Shown here: positions 37,688 through 46,588 of the stretch, in pieces
How positions within the stretch are numbered: position 1 is the stretch's first letter
Layout: each line of letters starts with the position of its first letter
Assembly: GCA_022797145.1 (NCBI GenBank)
Contig: JAAWKA010000006.1
Coordinates: 14,306-78,305 of the forward strand
Length of the DNA: 64,000 bases
Direction: 5' to 3'
Source: Clostridia bacterium
GTDB taxonomy: Bacteria; Bacillota; Clostridia; TANB77; CAG-508
The notes under the pieces: generated by a model
Seen by the model: only the letters and a program-made list of their open reading frames with translations
Databases searched by the model: none
Told to the model about the DNA's origin: nothing
Program-made: the position numbers and the translations under genes

Positions 37688-38203
37688 ATGGAGGCAATAC
37701 AAGGAAAACATTTTAGTATAACAGATCCTAAAGATGTAAGTACTGTAATATACAAAATAAATAAAACCGAAAAAGAATATTTAAAAGAGTCCCCTAAATA
37801 TACAGTAGAAAGATTAGACTATATGGAAGAATTAAATGGAGAATTAAAAAAGAAAACTTTTTTTGTAGATAATCCAGAACCAGAAGGAGATGAATTAGTA
37901 ATACTATCTTTTGGAAAAGAAAAAGTAGTAATTAATACAGGGGTAATAGAAGAAACATGTATAAAAATATCAAAAAAGCCAGTACCAATAAAGTTTGATA
38001 CATTATATTCAGAAAAAGAACATGAAACAAAAGAATTTAGATATACACCAAATTTAAAAAGACCAATATCAATAATAGATCCAGAAACTACAGAAGAAAT
38101 AAAACCAATATTATATTTTGATGAAAAAACAAATGAAGTAAAAGGAAAGTGTAAATTAAAACCATATAAATCTTATTTTGCTTTTGAAATAAGAGATAAA
38201 TAA
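37688..38203 (+). CDS. Hypothetical protein (171 aa)
   Basis: ORF behind GGAGTG. No TM helix and no recognised motif. First gene of the coupling-protein cluster. Confidence 0.5.
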   Translation: MEAIQGKHFSITDPKDVSTVIYKINKTEKEYLKESPKYTVERLDYMEELNGELKKKTFFVDNPEPEGDELVILSFGKEKVVINTGVIEETCIKISKKPVPIKFDTLYSEKEHETKEFRYTPNLKRPISIIDPETTEEIKPILYFDEKTNEVKGKCKLKPYKSYFAFEIRDK

Positions 38204-38213
38204 GGAGGAAAAA

Positions 38214-38525
38214 ATGGGAAATTCAAATGAAAATCCAAATAAAACATTAGCAGGAGGAATACTTTATCCACAGGAAAAAGCACTTGAAATTCCACCTAAA
38301 ACAGCCAAAACAGTAAAAATTGGAGAAGTAAAGGATGCAATACTTATACCATTATCAGAAAATATTATTTTAAAAGAACAAGAAGAAGTTCTTGCAAGAA
38401 TGAAAAAAGAAAAGCCAGGACAAATATTACCTTCAAAAGAAATCCCAGAAGAAGTTTCTAAAAAAGCTTATGAAAAATATGTAAAGGAAAAAAATAAAAA
38501 AGACACATCAGAAGTATACAGATAG
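38214..38525 (+). CDS. Hypothetical protein (103 aa)
   Basis: ORF behind AAGGAGGAA, 10 nt after the previous stop. Lys/Glu-rich with no recognised motif. Confidence 0.5.
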   Translation: MGNSNENPNKTLAGGILYPQEKALEIPPKTAKTVKIGEVKDAILIPLSENIILKEQEEVLARMKKEKPGQILPSKEIPEEVSKKAYEKYVKEKNKKDTSEVYR

Positions 38526-38552
38526 ATACACATAAGAAGAGGTGAAGACTTT

Positions 38553-40500
38553 ATGAATTATAAAGTACAAGGTATAATTAGAAGAAATAAAAAATATTTA
38601 GTATTATTTTTAGTACTATGGTTTGTTTTAACTGTAGTACTTGTTATGCCGTTAGCATATAGTATAAAGAATTCTATAGTAAATGAAAAATTTATTATAA
38701 ATAAATTTTTTGAAAATATTTATCAATCGGTGATAAACTTAGGCTCAGTTATAGGAAGTACATTTACACCCAAATACATTGGAACATTTTTTAATGTATT
38801 GTGGAAATTTAGCTTAGTTTATACAATTTGTATGTTAATAGGACTAATAAAAACTGCACCAAAAAATGAATATACAGATATAGAACATGGATCAAGTGAC
38901 TGGTCAAAAAATGGAGAACAATATAGAATCTTAAGTAATAAAAAAGGAATAATATTAGCAAAAGAGAATTATTTACCAGTAGATAAAAGAGGAAATGTCA
39001 ATGTACTAGTAGTAGGACGGTTCAGGTTCAGGTAAATCAGCATCATACTCAATACCAAATGCATATCAAATGTTAGGTTCATACATATTTACAGATCCAA
39101 AAGGTGAACTATATGATAAAACAGCAGGATATCTAAAACAACATGGATATGAAATAAAAGTATTAAATTTAGTACGTCCACAATATAGTGATGGATACAA
39201 TCCGCTAATGCATATATCAAGTGAACTAGATGTAGACGTTATAGCAAATACAATAGTAAAAGGACAAAAAACATCAGACAGTAGTGATCCATATTGGGAT
39301 GATATGGCAGAAATGCTATTAAAATCATTAATTTATTATCTAATTGCAACAAGACCAGAAGAGGAACAAAATTTAGCAAGTTGTGCTGAACTAGTAAGAG
39401 CAGCCAATAATAAGGGTGGAAGTAATTTGCTTACAGAGCTAATGAATCAATTACCATATGATCACCCAGCTAGAATGAACTATAAATCAATAGAAATAGC
39501 ACCAGAGAAAACTTATGGTTCAATACTATCATCATTACAATCAAAACTTGGAAAATTTGATTCAAGAGAAATAGCAGAACTAACATCAACAGATACAATA
39601 AATTTTGAAGAGATAGGAAACAAAAAAACAGCAGTATATGTAATATCATCAGATACACATACAGCATATGACTTTTTATTAACTATATTCTTTTCTCAAA
39701 TGATACAACAACTATATGACTTTGCAGATAAAAAAGGTGGAGCACTACCAATGCCAACATACTTTATATTAGACGAATTTGCAAACATAGGAAAGATACC
39801 AGATTTTGACAAAAAAATATCTACAAGTAGAAGTAGAAAAATATCATTTAGTGTAATTTTACAAAATTTAGACCAATTAGAAGCAGTATATGAAAAATCA
39901 TATGAAACAATAATAGGAAACTGTGATACACATGTATTTTTAGGAAGTAATTCACAAAAAACAGTAGAATATTTTTCAAAAGCATTAGGAGAAAAAACTA
40001 TAGAAAGAGAGAGTATCTCCTTAAATAAAGATAAACATAACTGGAATCAAGGAAAAAGTGTATCAGACCAAATAATGGCAAGAGCTCTAATGACACCAGA
40101 TGAATTAAGAAGAATGGACAATGATTTATGTATCATATTTGAAAAAGGAATAAAACCAATACAAGCAGAAAAATTCTATTATTTTCAAACTTCAATGGCA
40201 AAAAGGTTAGCAGCAGTAAGTATCAACCATAATGATATAGGAGATATAGAAAGAGGAATATGGAGAAAATACAATCCATATAATCCATATGTGGAAGAAA
40301 ATAAAGAAAAACAAATAGAAGATTTAAAAGTGGAATCTTTAGATGATCTATTTGAAGAAGAAACACAAGAAATGCAAGAAGCACCAATATTACCACAAGA
40401 AGAAAATAAAGTAGAAGAAGAACTACAAATAGATATACAAGAAGAATTAGAAGCAAAATTTGATGAACTATTTGGACCAATAGAAGATAACCAAACATAA
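38553..40500 (+). CDS. VirD4/TraG-family type IV coupling protein, frame interrupted by one extra C (39018)
   Basis: ORF 38553-39035 encodes two N-terminal TM helices and ends ..NVLVVG-CGG-TTC..TAA. Skipping the C gives VVGGSGSGKSASYSIPNAYQMLGSYIFTDPKGELYD, continuous with ORF 39070-40500. Motifs present: Walker A, DPKGE, Walker B YFILDEFANIG, and an acidic tail. The span is 1948 nt, i.e. 649 codons plus 1 nt. Confidence 0.85.
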
Positions 40501-40518
40501 AAATAAATTATAAACATT

Positions 40519-40563
40519 ACTCCCCAATTATTAAAGTCTAATTTAATAATTGGGGAGTTTATT
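40519..40563 (+). terminator. Strong rho-independent terminator after the coupling-protein gene
   Basis: 17-bp stem ACTCCCCAATTATTAAA / TTTAATAATTGGGGAGT plus a T-rich tail. Confidence 0.8.
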
Positions 40564-40970
40564 AAAAAAAATAAAAAATTATAATAAATTTTTTAGTAAA
40601 ATTTAATTTGTTAATTAAAAATTTTAATAATACTAATAATAAAATTATTAGTAAAAGTAAATATCAAAAAATATAATCAAAAAAATAAATATAAAATAAA
40701 TTAAAAATTAAATATTATTAAAACAAATTAGAAAATTATATATATTAAGAAAAAATAGAGAAAGTAATTATAATAAAAAATATTAACTATATTTGCTGAG
40801 AATTAAAAAATATAGTATAATAAAAAAGTAGATTTATCAGATAAACAAATTATTCTTCAAAATGATAATTATACTATATAAATAGGATTATTTTAAACAG
40901 TAGTCCTAAAATCTTTTATAAAAAATTTAAAAATAAGGAGAAGATATATAAAATATATCATGAAAAAAAT

Positions 40971-42038
40971 ATGAAATTTATACATATGGCAGATATGCAC
41001 TTTGATATTCCATTTACAACATTAAGTAAAAAAGGTTTGGGAGATAAAAGAAGACTAGAACAAAGAGAAGCATTTAAAAAAATAATAGAATATATACAAA
41101 ATAATAAAATAGAATACTTATTTATATGTGGAGACTTTTATGAACATGAATATGTAAAACAAAGTACAATAGAATATATAAATAACAAATTCAAAGAAAT
41201 ACCAAATACAAAAATATATATAGTACCAGGAAACCATGATCCAATAATAAAAAATTCATATTATAACACATTTAATTGGAATAATAATGTACACATATTT
41301 AAAGCAGAAATAGAAAAAGCATCAAATCAAAATATACATATATATGGATATGGATTTGATAACTTTTATATGAAAAATACAAAAGTTAATGAAATAAAAA
41401 TAGAAAATAAAAATGATATAAACATTTTATTAACACATGCAAGTTTAGATGCAATATCAGATGAAGAAAAACAATATAATCCAATAATAGCAAAACAATT
41501 AAATGAAAAAGGATTTGATTATGTTGGATTAGGACATATACACAAACCATTATATAAAAAAGAAGAAAATGAAAAAATAATATATCCTGGCTCAACAATA
41601 TCATTAGGATTTGATGAAAAAGAAAACCATGGAATAATATATGGTGAAATAAATGAAAAAAAAGAAATAAAAATAGAATTTATAAAAATAGACGAAACAG
41701 AATTTAAAGAAAAAGAAATAAAAATAGATGAAATAATATCAAAAGAAGAATTAATAGAAAAAATAAATAATTTAAATATAGAAGATAATAATCTATATAA
41801 AATAATATTAATAGGAAAAAGAAATTTTGAAATAAATGTACAAGAAATAATGAAACAAATAAAAATAAATAATATTATAAAAATAAAAGATAATACCCAA
41901 ATAAAAACAGATTTACAAAAATTATCAAAAGAAAATAATTTAAAAGGATTATTTATAAAAAATATGCTATCAAAAATAAATAATGAAAACAAAGAACAAA
42001 TATTAAAAGCAATAGAAATAGCTTTAGAATGTATGTAG
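40971..42038 (+). CDS. Mre11/SbcD-like metallophosphoesterase (YhaO-like)
   Basis: Calcineurin-like motifs MADMHFD, GDFYEH, GNHD and GHIH. Confidence 0.75.
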   Translation: MKFIHMADMHFDIPFTTLSKKGLGDKRRLEQREAFKKIIEYIQNNKIEYLFICGDFYEHEYVKQSTIEYINNKFKEIPNTKIYIVPGNHDPIIKNSYYNTFNWNNNVHIFKAEIEKASNQNIHIYGYGFDNFYMKNTKVNEIKIENKNDINILLTHASLDAISDEEKQYNPIIAKQLNEKGFDYVGLGHIHKPLYKKEENEKIIYPGSTISLGFDEKENHGIIYGEINEKKEIKIEFIKIDETEFKEKEIKIDEIISKEELIEKINNLNIEDNNLYKIILIGKRNFEINVQEIMKQIKINNIIKIKDNTQIKTDLQKLSKENNLKGLFIKNMLSKINNENKEQILKAIEIALECM

Positions 42039-42104
42039 ATATATTTAATAAATAATATATATAAAAATTTATAAAATAAAAACTCAATATAGGAGAAAAT
42101 AAAA

Positions 42105-43982
42105 ATGAATATATTAAAAATGCATATAAATAATTTCGGAAAATTAGAAAATAAAAAAATAAACTTAGAAAAAGGAATTAATATTATTTATGGTAAAAAT
42201 GAAAGTGGTAAATCAACACTATTAAAATTTATAATAGGAATATTCTTTGGGCTTTCTAAAAATAAAAATGGGAAAATTATTTCTGATTATGATAAATATA
42301 CTCCTTGGTCAAATAAAGAATTTTCAGGAAAATTAGAATATGAATTAGATAATAAAAATAAATATGAAATATTTAGAGAATTTAATAAAAAAAATCCTCA
42401 AATATATGATGAGAATTTAGAAGAAATATCAAAAAAATTTAATATAGATAAAACAAATGGTAATCAATTTTTTTATGAACAAACTAATGTAGATGAAAAT
42501 TTATTTAAATCTACAATTGTTTCTGAACAACAAGAAATAAAATTAGAAGAAAAAGAACAAAACCAATTAATTCAAAAAATGACTAATATAATATCTACTG
42601 GAGAAGATAATATATCATTTCAAAAAATAATAAACAAATTAAATAAAAAACAATTAGAAGAAATAGGAACAAAAAGAAGTCAAGATAGACCAATAAATAT
42701 TTTAAGTAATAGATTAGAAGAAATAGAAAATAAAAAAGAATATTTAAAACAATTTATTGACAAAAAAAATGAAATAGAACAAAAAAACAAATACATACAA
42801 AATATAATAGAATCAAAAGAAATAGAATTAGAAATAATAAAAAAACAAAAAAATATAATAGAGAATGAAGAATTACAAAAAGAAAAAATAAAAATAAAAA
42901 AAGAAAATGTAGAAGAATATAATGAAAAAATAAATAATTTAAAAAATAAAAAAGAAATATTAGAAAAAGATAATGAAATAAAAAAAGAAACATTAAAAAT
43001 ACAAATTATATTAGAAATTATATATATCATAATTACAATTATAATGCTTAGTATAAAAAATAATTTAATAGCAACAATAGGAATGATAATTACAATTTTA
43101 AATTTAATATATATTTTATATAAAAAAAGTAAAAGTAAAAAAAATAATAAACAAAAATATAATAATAAAAAAATACAAATTAATAATATAGAAAATGAGA
43201 TTAAAATATTAGAAGAGAGTAAAAATAAAAAAATAGAACAAATAAAAATAGAACAAAACAAAATAAAATATGAAAAATATTTACAAGAAAATAACACAAA
43301 AGAATATTATAAAAAAATATTGCCGTTAAATTTTATAGAAGAAATATTAAACAAAAAAGAATTAAATCTTGAAATAGAGAAATTGCAAAATGAAATAAAT
43401 AATGAAAAAATAAGTTTTAATACTAATAATATAGAAAAAAATAACATAATAAAAAAATTAGAAGAATTAGTAAAGATAGAAGAAGAATATTATTTTTTGC
43501 AAGAACAATATAAAGAATTAAAATTTAACAATGAGGCAATAGAAATTGCAAGACAAGAACTTGAGAACACATATGAAGAGATGAAAAAAAATATTACTCC
43601 TGAATTTACCTATAATTTATCAAAAATAATAAGTAAAATATCTAATGGGAAATATAATAAAATAAAATTTGATGATAAAAATGGTATAACAGTAGAACTT
43701 CAAAATGGTAATTATATATCAGCAGAAAAGCTAAGCATAGGAACAATAGATCAACTTTATTTATCATTAAGATTAGCTGCTGCAAATCAAATATCAAAAG
43801 AAAATTTACCAATAATATTAGATGAAGTATTTGCTTTTTATGATAAAGAAAGATTAGAAAATATATTAAAATATATAAATGAAGAATTTGAAAATAGACA
43901 AATTTTAATATTTACTTGTACAAATAGAGAATCAGAATTATTAGAAAAAAATAATATAACATTTAATTATATTACAATATAA
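42105..43982 (+). CDS. SbcC/Rad50-like AAA ATPase with a coiled coil and an internal TM hairpin (YhaN-like)
   Basis: Walker A GKNESGKST, a long Lys/Glu coiled coil interrupted by two hydrophobic helices (IQIILEIIYIIITIIML..ATIGMIITILNLIYILY), a signature-like LSIGTIDQLYLSLRLA, and Walker B IILDEVFAFYD. Confidence 0.7.
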   Translation: MNILKMHINNFGKLENKKINLEKGINIIYGKNESGKSTLLKFIIGIFFGLSKNKNGKIISDYDKYTPWSNKEFSGKLEYELDNKNKYEIFREFNKKNPQIYDENLEEISKKFNIDKTNGNQFFYEQTNVDENLFKSTIVSEQQEIKLEEKEQNQLIQKMTNIISTGEDNISFQKIINKLNKKQLEEIGTKRSQDRPINILSNRLEEIENKKEYLKQFIDKKNEIEQKNKYIQNIIESKEIELEIIKKQKNIIENEELQKEKIKIKKENVEEYNEKINNLKNKKEILEKDNEIKKETLKIQIILEIIYIIITIIMLSIKNNLIATIGMIITILNLIYILYKKSKSKKNNKQKYNNKKIQINNIENEIKILEESKNKKIEQIKIEQNKIKYEKYLQENNTKEYYKKILPLNFIEEILNKKELNLEIEKLQNEINNEKISFNTNNIEKNNIIKKLEELVKIEEEYYFLQEQYKELKFNNEAIEIARQELENTYEEMKKNITPEFTYNLSKIISKISNGKYNKIKFDDKNGITVELQNGNYISAEKLSIGTIDQLYLSLRLAAANQISKENLPIILDEVFAFYDKERLENILKYINEEFENRQILIFTCTNRESELLEKNNITFNYITI

Positions 43983-44060
43983 AATTAATAAAATAAATAT
44001 ATAGAAATATACTATAAAATACTAAATTATTTAATTAAAATATCACAATTAAATAATCAC

Positions 44061-44089
44061 TTGAAAATTTGGAAAAATCTGTGTATAAT
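44061..44089 (+). promoter_or_regulatory. Sigma-A-type promoter of prfA
   Basis: TTGAAA, 17-nt spacer, TG-extended TATAAT (44084-44089). Confidence 0.55.
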
Positions 44090-44121
44090 ACTATAAAATA
44101 AAAAAATGAGGAGAGACAAAA

Positions 44122-45180
44122 ATGTTTCAAAAATTAGATGATGTAGAAAAAAAATATGATGAACTAACTATAAAAATTAGTGATCCTGAAGTAATTGCTA
44201 AAAATCAGGAATGGCAAAAATTAATGAAAGAACATTCAGATATGACACCAGTAGTAGAAAAATACAGACAATATAAAAAAGTAAAAGCAGATTTTGAAGA
44301 AGCAAAAGAGATGATGAATGATAAAGAGCTAAAGGACTTAGCAGAAGCAGAGATGTTACAAGCAAAAGAGAAACTACCTAAATTAGAAGAAGAATTAAAA
44401 ATGTTACTTATACCAAAAGATCCTGATGATGACAAAAATGTAATATGTGAAATAAGAGCAGGAGCAGGAGGAGAAGAAGCAGCATTATTTGCAGGAACAT
44501 TATTTAGAATGTACTCAATGTATACGGAAAGAAGACATTGGAAGCTAGAAATACTAAATGAAAATGAAACAGGACTTGGGGGATATAAAGAAATATCTTT
44601 TATGATAACAGGAAAAGGAGCGTATAGTAGATTAAAATTTGAAAGTGGTGTACACAGAGTACAAAGAGTTCCAGATACAGAATCAAGTGGAAGAATACAC
44701 ACATCAACATCAACAGTTGCAGTATTACCAGTAGTAGAAGATGTAGAAATAGAAATAAATCCAGCAGATGTAAAAATGGATGTATATAGAGCATCAGGAG
44801 CAGGAGGACAGCATGTAAATAAAACTTCATCAGCCGTAAGACTAACACATATTCCAACAGGAATAGTAGCAGAATGTCAAACTGAAAGATCTCAATTACA
44901 AAATAGAGAATATGCAATGAGATTATTACGTTCAAGATTATATGAACAAGAAAGAGAAAAAAGAGATTTAGAACTTGCAAATGAAAGAAAAAGTCAAGTA
45001 GGAAGTGGAGATAGATCAGAAAAAATAAGAACATATAACTATCCACAAGGAAGAATAACTGACCACAGAATAGGAGTTAGTATATTCCAAATGGAAGATT
45101 TCTTAAATGGAAATATAGATGAAATGTTAGATTCATTAATAGCAGCAGATAGAGCAGAAAGACTAAAAGGAGAAGAATAA
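44122..45180 (+). CDS. prfA: Peptide chain release factor 1
   Basis: GGQ motif ([11 protein letters not shown]). The RF1-type tripeptide region is [17 protein letters not shown] (PxT, here PDT). Confidence 0.9.
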   Translation: MFQKLDDVEKKYDELTIKISDPEVIAKNQEWQKLMKEHSDMTPVVEKYRQYKKVKADFEEAKEMMNDKELKDLAEAEMLQAKEKLPKLEEELKMLLIPKDPDDDKNVICEIRAGAGGEEAALFAGTLFRMYSMYTERRHWKLEILNENETGLGGYKEISFMITGKGAYSRLKFESGVHRVQRVPDTESSGRIHTSTSTVAVLPVVEDVEIEINPADVKMDVYRASGAGGQHVNKTSSAVRLTHIPTGIVAECQTERSQLQNREYAMRLLRSRLYEQEREKRDLELANERKSQVGSGDRSEKIRTYNYPQGRITDHRIGVSIFQMEDFLNGNIDEMLDSLIAADRAERLKGEE

Positions 45181-45257
45181 TACTTATAATAATATATGAA
45201 TAAAAATACTCTTTTTTAAATAAACTAATATTAGATTATTTGAAGGAGTTTTTTATT

Positions 45258-46001
45258 TTGGAACATTTAGTAAAAACAACATTAATAGGTTTATTTTTTG
45301 GAACATTTGGAACTACATTAGGAGGAATAATAGGTATTACATTTAAAAATACATCTAACAAATTTTTAAGTTTTATACTATCTTTAGCATCAGGACTAAT
45401 GATTTCCATAGTATGTTTTGACTTAGTACCAGAAGCTTTAGAAATAGCAAATTTACCAATCATACTTTTAGGTATACTTTTAGGGGTAATAGGAATGATT
45501 ATATGTGACATATTAGTTCAAAAAAAGTTTAGTACCAAAGTAGCAAAAGCTAAAACTTCTAATAGCTTATTACAAACAGGAATAATAGTAAGTATAGGAT
45601 TAGCACTACACAATTTTCCAGAAGGATTAGCAATAGGATCAGGATTCGGGGCTTCTATAAAATTAGGCTATTCTTTAGCAGTAGCTATTCTATTGCATGA
45701 CATTCCAGAAGGAATAAGTATGGCAGTACCTATGAAAAATGGGGGTATGAAAGTTTCAAAAGTAATATTTTATGTTGTATTATCTGGAATAACAACAGGT
45801 ATAGGAGCATTATTTGGAGCAATTATAGGAGGAATTTCAAAAGAAATTATAGCAATATGCCTATCATTTGCAGCAGGTGCTATGCTATATATTGTATCAG
45901 GAGAATTAATACCAGAATCAAATAAACTATATAAAGGAAGAATGTCAAGCATTGGAAATATAATGGGATTTATATTAGGAATATTAACAATAAGTATATA
46001 A
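45258..46001 (+). CDS. ZIP-family divalent metal (zinc) transporter
   Basis: Multi-pass membrane protein with HNFPEGLAIG and LHDIPEGISM motifs. The likely start is TTG 45258 behind GAAGGAG (ORF track begins at 45240). Confidence 0.75.
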   Translation: MEHLVKTTLIGLFFGTFGTTLGGIIGITFKNTSNKFLSFILSLASGLMISIVCFDLVPEALEIANLPIILLGILLGVIGMIICDILVQKKFSTKVAKAKTSNSLLQTGIIVSIGLALHNFPEGLAIGSGFGASIKLGYSLAVAILLHDIPEGISMAVPMKNGGMKVSKVIFYVVLSGITTGIGALFGAIIGGISKEIIAICLSFAAGAMLYIVSGELIPESNKLYKGRMSSIGNIMGFILGILTISI

Positions 46002-46070
46002 ATAAAATTATAAAAAAACTTGTATATACAAAACATTAATTGATATAATACAAAAAGGTAGGTGAAAAAA

Positions 46071-46523
46071 ATGAAAATAATGTTTATATGTACAGGAAAT
46101 ATATGTAGAAGTGCTATGGCACACAGATTGTTAGAAAAAAAATTAAAAGATTTAGAACGAAAAGATATACAAGTCTATTCAGCAGGAATATTTGCATATG
46201 ATGGAGATGGTTCACCATATAATGCTATAGAAGTTATGAAAGAATATAATGTAGATTTAATAACTCATAAAGCAACAAATATAAAAAATTCTGACTTAGA
46301 AAATATGGATTTAATATTATGTGCAACAAAAAGTCATAAAAATGAGTTATTAGATATATCAGACAAGTTAAAAGACAAAGTATATACATTAATAGAGTAT
46401 ATAGAACCAGAAAAAGAAGAAATAAACATAGCAGATCCTTGGGGATATGACTTAGAAACATATAGAAACTGTGCATCAATAATTAATAATTATATAGATA
46501 AATTAATAGAAAAATTAAATTAA
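46071..46523 (+). CDS. Low-molecular-weight protein phosphatase (arginine/tyrosine phosphatase, YwlE-like)
   Basis: P-loop FICTGNICRS at the N-terminus and a DPWG general-acid region. Confidence 0.8.
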   Translation: MKIMFICTGNICRSAMAHRLLEKKLKDLERKDIQVYSAGIFAYDGDGSPYNAIEVMKEYNVDLITHKATNIKNSDLENMDLILCATKSHKNELLDISDKLKDKVYTLIEYIEPEKEEINIADPWGYDLETYRNCASIINNYIDKLIEKLN

Positions 46524-46588
46524 CTTGACTAAAAAAATAATATATAATAAAATACAAACAAAATTTTGTAAAATTAGAGGAGAAAAAA

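Noticed and set aside
40564-40970. ~400 nt of almost pure A/T between the coupling-protein terminator and the yhaO-like gene. I considered it as a CRISPR array, an oriC-like region or a mobile-element end.
   Set aside because: By eye there are no regularly spaced repeats, no DnaA-box-like TTATCCACA motifs and no inverted terminal repeats. It is most simply a promoter or curved-DNA spacer.
42680-43297. Long antisense ORFs with Leu/Phe/Ile/Ser-rich translations. This one is an example. Others include 7696-8359, 13271-13849, 33041-34652, 35027-35485, 44205-45046, 54196-54816, 60178-60995 and 63082-63786.
   Set aside because: They lie opposite well-supported genes whose sense strand is purine- and AAA/GAA-rich. 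The complement is stop-poor and yields low-complexity hydrophobic pseudo-proteins. They have no RBS and no motifs.
44122-45180. RF1 carries PDT instead of the commonly quoted PAT tripeptide. I considered whether this indicates altered stop-codon recognition.
   Set aside because: The motif is defined as PxT with a variable middle residue. TAA, TAG and TGA all terminate well-supported genes in this window (TGA ends hsdS). There is therefore no sign of stop-codon reassignment.
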